64,000 nt of DNA from an uncultured Bacteroidota bacterium (GTDB taxonomy: Bacteria; Bacteroidota; Bacteroidia; Bacteroidales; P3), in contig CACWPQ010000006.1 of the NCBI GenBank assembly GCA_902762805.1, positions 64,695-128,694 of the forward strand. The letters run 5' to 3'. The position numbers and the translations under genes are program-made. Of the stretch, positions 52,902 to 62,540 are shown piece after piece (positions within the stretch are counted from its first letter, which is position 1; every line of letters begins with the position of its first letter). The notes under the pieces were generated by a model, which saw only the letters and a list, made by a program, of their open reading frames with translations, searched no databases and had not been told where the DNA came from.

Positions 52902-53705
52902 TTACTGTTTATTTATATTTATATTCGGAGGTGCAAAGATACAACTTTTTTTGTTTCTGTCGACACTTTTTTGGCCTTCGCCCGACACCTCCCCTCCATC
53001 GGGGTGTGGTCGCGGAAGGCACTGGGATTGGTTTTTGTCAGCCACATCGCCATCCTCCGGCACGGCATCCCCCACCCCCACATACGCCGACCCGCTCGCC
53101 CGTCCCTCACTGTCCACCACAAATCCCCACATCCTGATATTCAATTCGTTCCACCCCGCCGGAAGCTGCATCTGCAACCCTCCCCGCCGCCGCTCCGCGG
53201 CGGCGCTCAGCAAACCCTCGCGCGTATCCGTATTGTAAACGTACACATACACCCCATCCGACGCCTTCGCCCTCGTCATCCCGCTATTCCTCTCGAAATC
53301 AACGTGCAGCACATTATTCTCATCCACGCTCGCCGTGGTGAACCTCACCGGCGCCGCACTCCCCTCCGCAATGCGAATGTATTCATAATCAACCCCTGTA
53401 CGGACGCGGCGTGCCGCGTCCCTACCGAAACACCCCTTGTTCATCCTCACAAACACATTCCCCTCCGTCATCACGTCCCTCTCCGCCCGCTCCCGCAGCC
53501 CCAGCAACAGCGCCTGCCGCGCCGTCGCCGCAAACCGCACCATCCCCACAAACCACTCCCGCTCAGCCTGTTGCATCTCGGTGTTCGGATAATTGATCTC
53601 CTTGCGGTAAGCCCTCACAACGTGCTTACCCCTCCACAGGTACCCCACCACGGTACCCACCTTCCCCCGGAACGGCCCGAGGATGCCCTGCTCTAACTTT
53701 GCCAT
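52902..53705 (-). CDS. DUF6266-like hypothetical protein
   Basis: ATG at 53705 gives MAKLEQGILGPFRGKVGTVVGYLWRGKHVVRAY, which resembles the DUF6266 N-terminus as I recall it. The C-terminal ~45 aa run across the DPP promoter and may be read-through. Confidence 0.55.
   Translation of the reverse strand: MAKLEQGILGPFRGKVGTVVGYLWRGKHVVRAYRKEINYPNTEMQQAEREWFVGMVRFAATARQALLLGLRERAERDVMTEGNVFVRMNKGCFGRDAARRVRTGVDYEYIRIAEGSAAPVRFTTASVDENNVLHVDFERNSGMTRAKASDGVYVYVYNTDTREGLLSAAAERRRGGLQMQLPAGWNELNIRMWGFVVDSEGRASGSAYVGVGDAVPEDGDVADKNQSQCLPRPHPDGGEVSGEGQKSVDRNKKSCIFAPPNININKQ
52934..52941 (-). promoter_or_regulatory. -7 promoter box TATCTTTG for the S46 peptidase gene
   Basis: Plus strand caaagata, in the context gttgTATCTTTGCAcc on the minus strand, 49 nt upstream of the ATG at 52885. 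Confidence 0.45.
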
Positions 53706-53914
53706 TGTTTGCTTGTTGTTTTCAAAAATTGTTTTTCTTGTCTTTCTTGTCTTCCCCAAACACCCCTACAACGCCACAATTTCTGTTTTATTGCCCCCCA
53801 TCGCCTGCCAATGAAGAACAGGGGAAGAAGAGGATATATCCAATCGCCTGGAAATCACCAGTTTGCCTGCAGCCGATTTTTTGAAAAAAAGTCTAAAATT
53901 TCAAAAAAAATTCG

Positions 53915-53922
53915 TATTTTTG
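53915..53922 (+). promoter_or_regulatory. -7 promoter box TATTTTTG for uvrD/pcrA
   Basis: tcaaaaaaaattcgTATTTTTGCAcc lies 22 nt upstream of the ATG at 53945. Confidence 0.5.
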
Positions 53923-53944
53923 CACCCCCAATAGCACATCTGTT

Positions 53945-56194
53945 ATGAGCGAACTTCTTGCACAACTGAATGAACCACAGCGCGAGGCCGCGGCATGCAC
54001 CCAAGGCCCCGTCATGATAATTGCCGGCGCCGGCAGCGGCAAGACACGCACGCTGACCTACCGCATCGCACACCTCCTCGAGCTCGGCGTCGACCCCTTC
54101 GGCATCCTCGCACTCACCTTCACCAACAAAGCCGCCCGCGAGATGCGCGACCGCATCACCAAACTCGTCGGCACCGAGGCCAAAAACCTCTGGATGGGCA
54201 CCTTCCATTCCGTCTTCGCCCGTGTGCTCCGCGCCGAAGCCACCCGACTGGGCTACACCTCCTCTTTCACCATCTACGACACCGACGACACCAAAGCCGC
54301 CATCAAGCACGTCGTCAAAGCCCTCAACCTCGACCCCAAAACCTACAAACCCTCCACCGTCCTCTCACGCATCTCCATGGCCAAGAGCAACCTCCTCTCG
54401 CCCAAAGACTACATGGAGAACCCCGAAGTCTACCAGACCGACATCGACGCCCGCCGCCCGGCCATCGGCCAAATCTACCAGCACTACGACCAGCGCCTGC
54501 GCAACTCCAACGCCATGGACTTCGACGACCTGCTCTTCAACATGAACATCCTCCTGCGCGACTTCCCCGACGTCCTCCTCAAGTACCAGAACCGCTTCCA
54601 GTACATCATGGTCGACGAGTACCAAGACACCAACTACGCCCAGTACCTCATCGTCAAAAAGCTCGCCGCGCGCCACCAGAACATCTGCGTCGTCGGCGAC
54701 GATGCCCAAAGCATCTACGCCTTCCGCGGCGCCAACATACAGAACATCCTCAACTTCCGGCGCGACTACCCCGACATGCACCTCTTCAAGCTCGAGCAGA
54801 ACTACCGCTCCACCAAGACCATCGTCCAGGCCGCCAACAGCATCATCGAGCACAACCGCGACCAGATACAGAAAGAGCTCTGGAGCGACAACGCCGAGGG
54901 TCAGCGCATACGCCTGCTGCGTGCCGACGACGAAAAGGCCGAGGGCACCCTCGTGGCCGACGCCATACAGAACACACGCCTCGACGCCGACGCCGACTTC
55001 CGCGACTTCGCCATCCTCTACCGCCAGAACTCCCTCTCGCGCGCCGTCGAGGATGCCCTCCGGCGCCTCAACATACCCTACCGCATCTACCAGGGCCTCT
55101 CCTTCTACGGCCGCCGCGAAGTGAAGGACGTCCTCGCCTACCTTCGCCTCGCCGTCAACCCCTGCGACGACGAGTCGCTCGTCCGCGTCATCAACTACCC
55201 CGCCCGCGGCATCGGCCAAACCACCCTCGACCGCATCCGCGTCGCCGCCACCGACAACGACGTCCCCCTTTGGACCGTGCTCGAAAACCTGCCCGACTTC
55301 GGCCTCCCCATCAACAGTGGCACCGTGCAGAAAATCACCGAGTTCGTCTTCATGATCAAGCGCTTCCAGGGGCAAGTGGACAACACCGACGCCTTCACCC
55401 TAGCCAAACAGATTGTCGGCGCCTCGGGCATCCTGCGCGCCCTGCGCGAAGAGGATGAGCCCGACACCGCCGAGCGCATCGACAACATCGACGAACTCCT
55501 CAACGGCATACAGGAATTCTGCGAGGAAGAGGAGATAAAAACCCTCGACCAGTTCCTCCAGCAGGTGCTCCTCTACACCTCCGAAGACAAGGACAAGGAC
55601 GCCGATGCCGACAAGGTCAGCCTCATGACCATCCACGCCGCCAAGGGCCTGGAGTTCCCCTACGTCTTCGTCGTCGGCATGGAAGAGCAGATCTTCCCCT
55701 CGTTCATGGCCAGCAGCCGCGCCGAGCTCGAGGAGGAACGCCGCCTGTTCTACGTCGCCGTCACACGCGCCGAGCGGCAGGTCACCCTCTCCTACGCCCA
55801 AAGCCGCTTCAACAACGGCCAGCGCATGGGGGGCGAAGTGAGCCGCTTCGTCGAGGAAATCGACCCCAAATACATCGAGATGCCCTCCTCGCGCCGTGCC
55901 TTCCCCGAGGCCGGCACCCTGCCGCGCGCCTTCTTCAACGCCGGCAAGCCCGCCACCCCCGCCGCCCCCGCCGCCAAACCCGCCCGCCGCCCCTCGGCAC
56001 CCGTCGCCCCCAACCCGCCCGCCGCCATCGCAGCCATCATGCCCGGCATGCAAGTCCAGCACGAAAAATTCGGCATCGGCAAGGTGCTCGGCGTCGAAGG
56101 CAGTGGCGACTCGCGCAAAGCCATCGTCTTCTTCGAGGGCGTGGGCCAGAAGCAACTCATGCTCAAGTTCGCCAAACTCTCTATCGTTGAATGA
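53945..56194 (+). CDS. ATP-dependent DNA helicase, UvrD/PcrA/Rep family
   Basis: LNEPQREAA...IIAGAGSGKTRTLTYRIAHLL (motif I), VDEYQDTN (motif II), TIHAAKGLEFP (motif V/VI region), and a Pro/Ala-rich tail. Confidence 0.93.
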   Translation: MSELLAQLNEPQREAAACTQGPVMIIAGAGSGKTRTLTYRIAHLLELGVDPFGILALTFTNKAAREMRDRITKLVGTEAKNLWMGTFHSVFARVLRAEATRLGYTSSFTIYDTDDTKAAIKHVVKALNLDPKTYKPSTVLSRISMAKSNLLSPKDYMENPEVYQTDIDARRPAIGQIYQHYDQRLRNSNAMDFDDLLFNMNILLRDFPDVLLKYQNRFQYIMVDEYQDTNYAQYLIVKKLAARHQNICVVGDDAQSIYAFRGANIQNILNFRRDYPDMHLFKLEQNYRSTKTIVQAANSIIEHNRDQIQKELWSDNAEGQRIRLLRADDEKAEGTLVADAIQNTRLDADADFRDFAILYRQNSLSRAVEDALRRLNIPYRIYQGLSFYGRREVKDVLAYLRLAVNPCDDESLVRVINYPARGIGQTTLDRIRVAATDNDVPLWTVLENLPDFGLPINSGTVQKITEFVFMIKRFQGQVDNTDAFTLAKQIVGASGILRALREEDEPDTAERIDNIDELLNGIQEFCEEEEIKTLDQFLQQVLLYTSEDKDKDADADKVSLMTIHAAKGLEFPYVFVVGMEEQIFPSFMASSRAELEEERRLFYVAVTRAERQVTLSYAQSRFNNGQRMGGEVSRFVEEIDPKYIEMPSSRRAFPEAGTLPRAFFNAGKPATPAAPAAKPARRPSAPVAPNPPAAIAAIMPGMQVQHEKFGIGKVLGVEGSGDSRKAIVFFEGVGQKQLMLKFAKLSIVE

Positions 56195-56201
56195 AGGCAA
56201 T

Positions 56202-56345
56202 GGGAGTGAAAAGGAGTGAGAAAGGAACTTGTGTGGGGGTGAAAAGGAGTGAGAAAGGAGTGGAAGGGAGTGAAATGACAATAGCATCGTCTTCATCATT
56301 TGTCCTCTCACTCCCTCTCACTCCCTCTCACTCCCTTTCACTCCT
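56202..56345. repeat. Purine-rich GGAGTGA decamer array and complementary TCACTCC decamer array (long interrupted inverted repeat)
   Basis: Left arm: gggagtgaaaaggagtgagaaagga ... ggtgaaaaggagtgagaaaggagtggaagggagtgaaatg. Right arm: tcctctcactccctctcactccctctcactccctttcactcc. The 21-mer gtgaaaaggagtgagaaagga occurs twice (56206 and 56239). Confidence 0.8.
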
Positions 56346-58143
56346 GTTTTTTTTAATTTTCAATTTTCAATTTTCAATTTCCCACTCCCAGGTAGTCCTC
56401 TTCTCGCACTACGGCGGCTTCCATGCCGACACCTTCGCACTCGCCATGCGCCTCGACCTCGCCCCCGAAGGCGAACCCTTCACCATCCACTACACCCTCA
56501 ACGGCGGCACCCCCACCGAGTGCGACCCCGTCTACTCCGCCCCCCTCCCACTCACCTCCGCCCTCTACTCGCCCTCGGCCGCCTACCGCATACAGAACGT
56601 GCCCGACGACCGCTGGTTCCAGCCCGACTCCGTCGAGCGCATCATCGTCGTCCGCGCTGCCGCCTTCGACAGCACCGGCACCCGTCGTTCGCCGGTCAAC
56701 ACACAGTCCTTCTTCATCGACAGCCTCCTGCGGCGCACCATCCCCCTGCCCGTCATCTCGCTCTGCGCCGACTCGCTTGCGCTCTTCGACTACGACACCG
56801 GCATCCTGGTCCGAGGCCAATGCTTCGACCCCCGCCACCCCTTCCGCACGGGCAACTACTTCCAGCGCGGCATCCTATGGGAGCGCCCCGCCAGCTTCGA
56901 ATACTACGACAGCAGCGGTGCCTCGCTGGCCATCGACTGCGGCCTCCGTATCCATGGCAACAGCCAGCGGGTGCTCAGCCAGAAAGGCCTTTCGCTCTAC
57001 GCCCGCAACCTCTACGGCGCCTCCCACTTCGACCTCCCCTTCTTCGCCGACAGCCCCCTCGAGCGCTTCCAGCGCCTGGTGCTTCGGCCGTGGAAGACTT
57101 CGTGGAGCGCCGCCGGTGTCGAAGACTGGCTCTGTCAGCGTATCGCCGAGCCCCTGCGCTTCGACCGCCTCGCCTCGCGCCCCGTCGTCCTCTTCCTCAA
57201 TGGCGAATACTGGGGCATCTACTTCCTCGAGGAGAAGGCCGACGAGCACTATGTCCAGGACCACTACCGCGTCGACAACCGCGCCGTCAGCTTTCTCGCC
57301 TACTGGGGCGATGAGGTGGAGAACGGCTCCAACACCCGTTGGAACGCTCTCTATGACTGGCTCCTCAACGCCGACCTCACATCCACTCCCAACTACAACT
57401 ATCTCGCCTCGCAGGTCGACACAGGTGCCCTGATGGACTATATGCTGATGCAGATCCTTGTGGCCAACGACGACTGGCCTATCTGCAACGTGCGCTTCTG
57501 GGCCGCGCCCGGTATGCCCTGGCGTTGGGTCTTCTTCGATGGCGACGGCACCCTGGCCACCCTCCCCGAGAGCCCGGCCATACTGGACCGCATGACCTAT
57601 GCCGACGCCGGCTTCACCACACGCACCTCACCCAAAGCCACCCTGCTGTTCCGGCGACTGCTGTCGAACCGCAGCTTCCTCGAGCGGTCGGCCCAGCGCA
57701 TGGCCGAACTGGTCGACAGCCACTTCAGCTACCGACGCACCGCACCGCTGCTCAACGAGATAGCCTCGCAGGTGGTGGCCGAAGTGCCCTACCAAATCAA
57801 GCGCTTCGACGCCCCCTCGTCGATGATGGCCTGGCGCACCGCCATCGCCGCCATCGACTCCTACCTCCGCACCGAGCCGCAGTTGATGCTTGAGGAATAC
57901 CGCCGCTACTTTGGCCTGCAACCCCCAGAGCCACAACTTGCCGTGGACGAGAGCGGCATGCTACGCTTCGACGCCGGCACCACGCAGGTCATCCTCTACG
58001 ACATCAACGGCCACATCCTGGCCCAACTGTCGGTGCCCGACGGCGCCACCTCGCTCCAGCTCCCAGCCATGCCGCCCGGCCGCTACTTCATATTCACCGA
58101 CAACAGTGCCACCGCCATCCTGTGGACCATCCGCAATTCCTGA
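56275..58143 (+). CDS. CotH-family protein (atypical kinase fold) with T9SS-like C-terminal domain
   Basis: The CotH region includes VLRPWKTSWSAAGVEDWLCQRIAEPL...VVLFLNGEYWGIYFLEEKADEHYVQDHY. C-terminus LRFDAGTTQVILYDINGHILAQLSVPDG...PPGRYFIFTDNSATAILWTIRNS. The start at ATG 56275 is uncertain because the N-terminus is repeat-encoded. Confidence 0.8.
   Translation: MTIASSSSFVLSLPLTPSHSLSLLFFLIFNFQFSISHSQVVLFSHYGGFHADTFALAMRLDLAPEGEPFTIHYTLNGGTPTECDPVYSAPLPLTSALYSPSAAYRIQNVPDDRWFQPDSVERIIVVRAAAFDSTGTRRSPVNTQSFFIDSLLRRTIPLPVISLCADSLALFDYDTGILVRGQCFDPRHPFRTGNYFQRGILWERPASFEYYDSSGASLAIDCGLRIHGNSQRVLSQKGLSLYARNLYGASHFDLPFFADSPLERFQRLVLRPWKTSWSAAGVEDWLCQRIAEPLRFDRLASRPVVLFLNGEYWGIYFLEEKADEHYVQDHYRVDNRAVSFLAYWGDEVENGSNTRWNALYDWLLNADLTSTPNYNYLASQVDTGALMDYMLMQILVANDDWPICNVRFWAAPGMPWRWVFFDGDGTLATLPESPAILDRMTYADAGFTTRTSPKATLLFRRLLSNRSFLERSAQRMAELVDSHFSYRRTAPLLNEIASQVVAEVPYQIKRFDAPSSMMAWRTAIAAIDSYLRTEPQLMLEEYRRYFGLQPPEPQLAVDESGMLRFDAGTTQVILYDINGHILAQLSVPDGATSLQLPAMPPGRYFIFTDNSATAILWTIRNS
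56354..56381 (+). repeat. Heptanucleotide repeat (CAATTTT = TTTTCAA family, x4) in the CotH N-terminal hydrophobic segment
   Basis: taatttt caatttt caatttt caatttc, translated as LIFNFQFSIS. Confidence 0.85.
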
Positions 58144-58163
58144 ACTTAAACCCCTGATTTGCC

Positions 58164-58622
58164 ATGCGCCTTGTAATCCAACGTGTCACATCCGCTTCCG
58201 TCAGCATCGACGCCCATGTCCATTCCGCCATCGGCCACGGCCTGCTCATCCTCGTTGGCATCTGCGACCAAGACTCCGACGACGACATCGAATACCTGGC
58301 CCAAAAGGTGGTCAAGATGCGCCTCTTCGACGACGCCGAGGGGGTGATGAACCTGTCGGTCGGCGACGTGGGGGGCGAGGTGCTGGTGGTGAGCCAGTTC
58401 ACCCTCATGGCCTCGACGCGCAAAGGCAACCGTCCGAGCTATATCCGCGCCTCGCGTCCCGAGGTGGCGGTGCCGCTCTACGAGCGCTTCGTCGACCGTC
58501 TGCGGCAACTGCTGGGGCGCGAGGTACGCACCGGCGTCTTCGGTGCCGACATGCAGGTGGCGTTGCTCAACGACGGCCCCGTCACCATTGTCATGGACTC
58601 CCACCAGCGCGACCTCTTCTAG
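58164..58622 (+). CDS. dtd: D-aminoacyl-tRNA deacylase
   Basis: MRLVIQRV...GLLILVG...VSQFTL...GNRPS...[16 protein letters not shown]. Confidence 0.94.
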   Translation: MRLVIQRVTSASVSIDAHVHSAIGHGLLILVGICDQDSDDDIEYLAQKVVKMRLFDDAEGVMNLSVGDVGGEVLVVSQFTLMASTRKGNRPSYIRASRPEVAVPLYERFVDRLRQLLGREVRTGVFGADMQVALLNDGPVTIVMDSHQRDLF

Positions 58623-59497
58623 CGCACGGCGCTGATCCAGCGCTCTTTGCCGCGGAAGTCGGTGTGAACCGTGGGGCGGAACCCATAGCCACGCAGCAGG
58701 TCGGCGGTCTCGTCGGCCAATGCCTCGTTGATTTCCAACGCCAGCAGCCCCGTGTCCGTCAAGTGCTTGGACGCTATCTGTGCAATGGCGCGGTAGAACA
58801 CCAGCGGGTCGCTGTCGTCGACGAAGAGCGCCATCGCCGGCTCATGGTCCAGCACATTGGCACGCATCGCCGTCCGCTCGCACTGCCGCACATACGGGGG
58901 GTTGGAGACAATAATTGAAAATTGAGAATTGAAAGTTGAAAGTTCCGGCGCGAGTATGTCAGCTTGCAAGAAGTTGACATCCGCCCCGTTGCGCTCGGCG
59001 TTGCGCCGCGCCACGGCAAGGGCCTCCTCCGAGAGGTCCACCGCCGTCACCTGCGCCTCGGGCCACGCCTTCTTCAGCGCGATGGCAATGCATCCGCTGC
59101 CCGTGCAGAGGTCCAGCACACCTCCCTCTCCCATGGACACGGGGCCGAGCGCGAGACACCGGACCATCTCCTCGGTCTCCGGCCTGGGTATCAGCACACT
59201 GGGGTTCACCTCGATGCGGCAACCGCAGAAGTCCACATGCCCGACGATATGCTGTATCGGGCGCTGCCTCCCCAGGTCTTCCAGCGCCCAGTGGAAACGC
59301 AGGAGGTCGCTCTGATTGATGGTACTATCCTTGTTCACAAGCAGTTGCACCCTGTCCCACCCCAGCCACGCCTCGCAGAGCATCTCCACGAAAGCATTCA
59401 CCTCCCCGACGCCATACAGGCCATCCAACTCCGCATGCATCAGCGCGATAACATCGCGCATGCGGTTGGAACGGAAACGGAGGTTGTCTGTATTCAT
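58619..59497 (-). CDS. prmC: Peptide chain release factor N5-glutamine methyltransferase
   Basis: ATG at 59497. [14 protein letters not shown] (SAM motif) and IVSNPPYV (the NPPY catalytic motif). ATGA overlap with rnhA. Confidence 0.9.
   Translation of the reverse strand: MNTDNLRFRSNRMRDVIALMHAELDGLYGVGEVNAFVEMLCEAWLGWDRVQLLVNKDSTINQSDLLRFHWALEDLGRQRPIQHIVGHVDFCGCRIEVNPSVLIPRPETEEMVRCLALGPVSMGEGGVLDLCTGSGCIAIALKKAWPEAQVTAVDLSEEALAVARRNAERNGADVNFLQADILAPELSTFNSQFSIIVSNPPYVRQCERTAMRANVLDHEPAMALFVDDSDPLVFYRAIAQIASKHLTDTGLLALEINEALADETADLLRGYGFRPTVHTDFRGKERWISAVR
58913..58947 (-). repeat. Heptanucleotide repeat (TTTTCAA family, x5) inside prmC, directly N-terminal to the NPPY motif
   Basis: Plus strand: aattgaa aattgag aattgaa agttgaa agttccg. 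Translated on the minus strand as [18 protein letters not shown]. Confidence 0.85.
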
Positions 59498-60168
59498 TTG
59501 CGTCCAAAGTCGGCCGGGATTTCGCCCCAGTGGTCGGTGTCCCACTTGCGTATCTCGGTGGTGAAGGTATTCTGTTTCAGCCAGTTCTCAGCTCGGTGCA
59601 CATAGTCCCACAGGTCGGCAGTCGCAGCGTCCACGGGCAGTTTACTCTTGCACTGCCGCTGGCGCACCCAGCTCATGGCGTTGACCGAGTCGGTATAGAT
59701 CAACTGATTGAGTCCGTGTTTCTTCAGGTAGCTCAACCCATGCACGAGGGCCAGGAATTCGCCTATGTTGTTCGTTCCCTTGGGGTGTTTATAATGGAAC
59801 ACGCGCGTGCGCGTGGGGATGTAGACGCCTTGATACTCCATCACGCCCGGATTGCCGCTGCAGGCGGCGTCGACGGCCAGGGCATCGAGCACCGGCGGGT
59901 TCTCGGTCCCCGGGCGCAGGGCCGTCATGCCGTTCTCGTCGACGAAAAGGACGCTGGGGGTGCCAGCGGAGGCGGCAGCCCTGGCGGTGCTGGCGACCAC
60001 ACTACTGTACGGCATCCGCAGGGCCGACTCGGCCTCGGCCATCGTGTCGAACGACTTGTACTGTGCGCCTTGCACTCCCACAACCTGCGCCTTGCAGGTC
60101 TCCCAGTCGGTGTAGATGCCGGGGCGCCGGCCCTGCCACACCACGTAGTATTTCTGCTTCTTTGCCAT
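59494..60168 (-). CDS. rnhA: Ribonuclease HI with N-terminal hybrid-binding (viroplasmin-like) domain
   Basis: KYYVVWQGRRPGIYTDWETCKAQV...FDT..EAE, then the RNase H core VDAACSGNPG..EYQG...TNNIGEFLALVHGL...IYTDS. Confidence 0.9.
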   Translation of the reverse strand: MAKKQKYYVVWQGRRPGIYTDWETCKAQVVGVQGAQYKSFDTMAEAESALRMPYSSVVASTARAAASAGTPSVLFVDENGMTALRPGTENPPVLDALAVDAACSGNPGVMEYQGVYIPTRTRVFHYKHPKGTNNIGEFLALVHGLSYLKKHGLNQLIYTDSVNAMSWVRQRQCKSKLPVDAATADLWDYVHRAENWLKQNTFTTEIRKWDTDHWGEIPADFGRK

Positions 60169-60182
60169 AGCGTTTCGGGGTG

Positions 60183-60190
60183 CAAAAATA
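60183..60190 (-). promoter_or_regulatory. -7 promoter box TATTTTTG for rnhA
   Basis: Plus strand caaaaata, in the context ggtgTATTTTTGCAcc on the minus strand, 15 nt upstream of the ATG at 60168. Confidence 0.45.
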
Positions 60191-60275
60191 CACCTTTTTT
60201 CCCACTCGGCGGCATTTTTCTCGAAAACCGATGCAATGTACTGATCAATAGTGCATTATGGCAAGCTCCATTTGG

Positions 60276-60380
60276 GGGGATTTTTTGCACAAAAACCGAA
60301 AAACAGCCCAAAATCGCCCAAATACAACAGGTTGAATATCAGTGCGTAAAAGGCATCCTCTTCTTCCTCTCTTCTTCTAT
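60276..60380 (+). repeat. Second intergenic repeat family (E-element), copy 2
   Basis: gggattttttgcacaaaaaccgaaaaacagcccaaaatcgcccaaatacaacaggttgaatatcagtgcgtaaaaggcatcctcttcttcctctc. Confidence 0.55.
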
Positions 60381-60512
60381 GGTAGCGGATGTTTTGGGGA
60401 ACGGGGAAATGCACTTTTGAGACGGCGTTTTTCTAGAGGAGGTATACCCTGTCGGACGAGCGTTTTACAACTTTTTAAGATTAAAATGTTTGGCCGTATG
60501 GGGGAAAATGCG

Positions 60513-60520
60513 TACTTTTG
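60513..60520 (+). promoter_or_regulatory. -7 promoter box TACTTTTG for the M23/LysM gene
   Basis: aaaatgcgTACTTTTGCAac lies 34 nt upstream of the ATG at 60555. Confidence 0.5.
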
Positions 60521-60554
60521 CAACACTTTTTGTATACTGATTGAAAATAAAGGA

Positions 60555-61802
60555 ATGAAATATATTGAACGCATCTTATTGCTACTCACCCTCTTGACAG
60601 CCCCGTTTGCCGCCAAGGCACAGGTGCGCGAACCACAGAAGAAAACCGACAAGTCGGAAATCAAGGTCAATAAACTGGATGTGATCTACGAGGAGGAGGA
60701 GTTCAAAGGCGTAGTAATCGACCTCCGCAACGACAAGGAGACGGAGCAGTACCTGTATACGGCACCTTTCATTTTCGAGACCGAGGATGAGCTGGAGACC
60801 GACGATGCAGACGAACTGCCCGGCAACTACAACCTCAGCGACGAAGGTGCCACGAGTGAGGACGAGATACTGATTGAGGGTTTCGACACGTCGGAGATAC
60901 ACCGAGAGAAGTTGGATGTGTCGCGTATGGTCGAGCCTGTCACCATATTGCTGCGCGACGAGTCGCAGGGCAAATTTTTCCACTGGCCGACACCGAAGAG
61001 CGCCCGTCCGTCATCGCACTTCGGTCCGCGCTGGCGCCGCTTCCACTACGGCCTCGACCTGGCGCAACCCACGGGCGAGCCCATCTACGCCGCTTTCGAC
61101 GGGACTGTGCGCATATCGAAACGCAACCGCTCTTACGGCCACCTGGTCATCATCCAGCATGCCGACGGACTGGAGACCTACTATGCCCACATGTCGAAGC
61201 GCCTGGTGGATGCCGGCGACCACGTGAAAGCCGGCGACGTCATTGGCCTCTGCGGCAACACCGGCCGCTCGTTCGGCAGCCACCTGCATTTCGAGATACG
61301 CTACCAGGGCAACGCCATCAATCCCGAGCTTGTCATCAACTGCGCGACCCACGACCTCATCTCCGACCGCCTGACGCTCACGCCGGCCTCGTTCCGCAAG
61401 GTGAGCAGCCACAAACGCTCCAGTGGCGGAAGTAGCTCAAGCAGCGGCTGGTACCGTGTGCGCAAAGGCGACACGCTTGAGAAAATTGCCCGCCGCCACG
61501 GCACCACCGTCAGGCGCCTCTGCCAACTCAACGGCATCAGCAAGGACAAGGTACTTCATCCGGGCGACCGCCTGCGCGTCAGCGGCTCGAGCAGTGTGAA
61601 AAGTGGAGGCAAGGGTTCTGCCAGTCAGGCTGGTTCTGCCGGCAATACCGGTGGCGCCACCAAGACCTACACCATCCGCCGCGGCGACACCCTCGGCAAG
61701 ATAGCCAAGCGTCACGGCATGAGCATCAAGGACCTCTGCAGCCTCAACGGCATCAAGCAGAACAAGACCATCCGCGAAGGACAGAAACTGAAGGTGAGGT
61801 AA
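60555..61802 (+). CDS. M23 peptidase with two C-terminal LysM domains
   Basis: ATG at 60555 gives the signal [30 protein letters not shown]...[20 protein letters not shown]...[14 protein letters not shown] is the M23 domain. The LysM repeats are [17 protein letters not shown]...LN and [17 protein letters not shown]...LN. Confidence 0.9.
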   Translation: MKYIERILLLLTLLTAPFAAKAQVREPQKKTDKSEIKVNKLDVIYEEEEFKGVVIDLRNDKETEQYLYTAPFIFETEDELETDDADELPGNYNLSDEGATSEDEILIEGFDTSEIHREKLDVSRMVEPVTILLRDESQGKFFHWPTPKSARPSSHFGPRWRRFHYGLDLAQPTGEPIYAAFDGTVRISKRNRSYGHLVIIQHADGLETYYAHMSKRLVDAGDHVKAGDVIGLCGNTGRSFGSHLHFEIRYQGNAINPELVINCATHDLISDRLTLTPASFRKVSSHKRSSGGSSSSSGWYRVRKGDTLEKIARRHGTTVRRLCQLNGISKDKVLHPGDRLRVSGSSSVKSGGKGSASQAGSAGNTGGATKTYTIRRGDTLGKIAKRHGMSIKDLCSLNGIKQNKTIREGQKLKVR

Positions 61803-61822
61803 CGGTTATAGGTTATTGAATT

Positions 61823-62500
61823 ATGAGGCTTGACATTTTGACCTTGTTTCCCAACATGATGCAGATGTTCTTCGAGGAGAGCATCATCAAGCGGGCGCAG
61901 AAGAAGGAGCTCGTGGAGGTACACTTCCACAACCTGCACGACTACTCACTCAACCGCTATGGCTCGGTCGACGACTACCCCTACGGCGGCGTGGCGGGCA
62001 TGGTGATGTGCGTGGAGCCCATCGCCAACTGCATCGAAGGCCTCCTGCGCGAACGCCCCTACGACGACATCATCTACACCGCCCCCGACGGCGAGATGTT
62101 CTCGCAACCGATGGCCAACCAGTTGTCGCTCAAGCAGAACCTGATGATCCTCTGCGGCCACTACAAGGGTGTGGACGAGCGCATACGCGAACATTTCATC
62201 ACGCGCGAAATCTCCATCGGCGACTACGTGCTCACCGGTGGCGAGCTGGCGGCAGCCGTCATTGCCGACACCGTCATCCGCCTCGTCCCAGGCGTCATTG
62301 GCGACGAGCAATCGGCGCTGGCCGACTCGTTCCAAGACAGCCTCGTGGCACCGCCCGAATACACGCGCCCGCCGGAGTTCCGCGGCTGGCGCGTGCCCGA
62401 CGTGCTCCTCAGCGGCAACCACGCCAAGATAGAGCAGTGGCGCATGGAGCAGGCCATCGCCCGCACCAAAGAACGCCGCCCTGAATTGCTTAAGCATTAA
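61823..62500 (+). CDS. trmD: tRNA (guanine37-N1)-methyltransferase
   Basis: [13 protein letters not shown]...[14 protein letters not shown]...[13 protein letters not shown]...[12 protein letters not shown]. Confidence 0.94.
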   Translation: MRLDILTLFPNMMQMFFEESIIKRAQKKELVEVHFHNLHDYSLNRYGSVDDYPYGGVAGMVMCVEPIANCIEGLLRERPYDDIIYTAPDGEMFSQPMANQLSLKQNLMILCGHYKGVDERIREHFITREISIGDYVLTGGELAAAVIADTVIRLVPGVIGDEQSALADSFQDSLVAPPEYTRPPEFRGWRVPDVLLSGNHAKIEQWRMEQAIARTKERRPELLKH

Positions 62501-62540
62501 CATATCATCGTATCAAAATATCAACGTATCAACAGTCATC
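62501..62540 (+). repeat. Octanucleotide tandem repeat (ATATCAAC family, x5) forming the entire trmD-clpP spacer
   Basis: catatcat cgtatcaa aatatcaa cgtatcaa cagtcatc ATG. Confidence 0.8.

Noticed and set aside
53823-53900. Third copy of the E-element (inverted)
   Set aside because: It is kept only as a weak relative. The shared features are limited to the A/T-run architecture and the ATCCTCTTCTTC core, and the identity is too low to call by eye.
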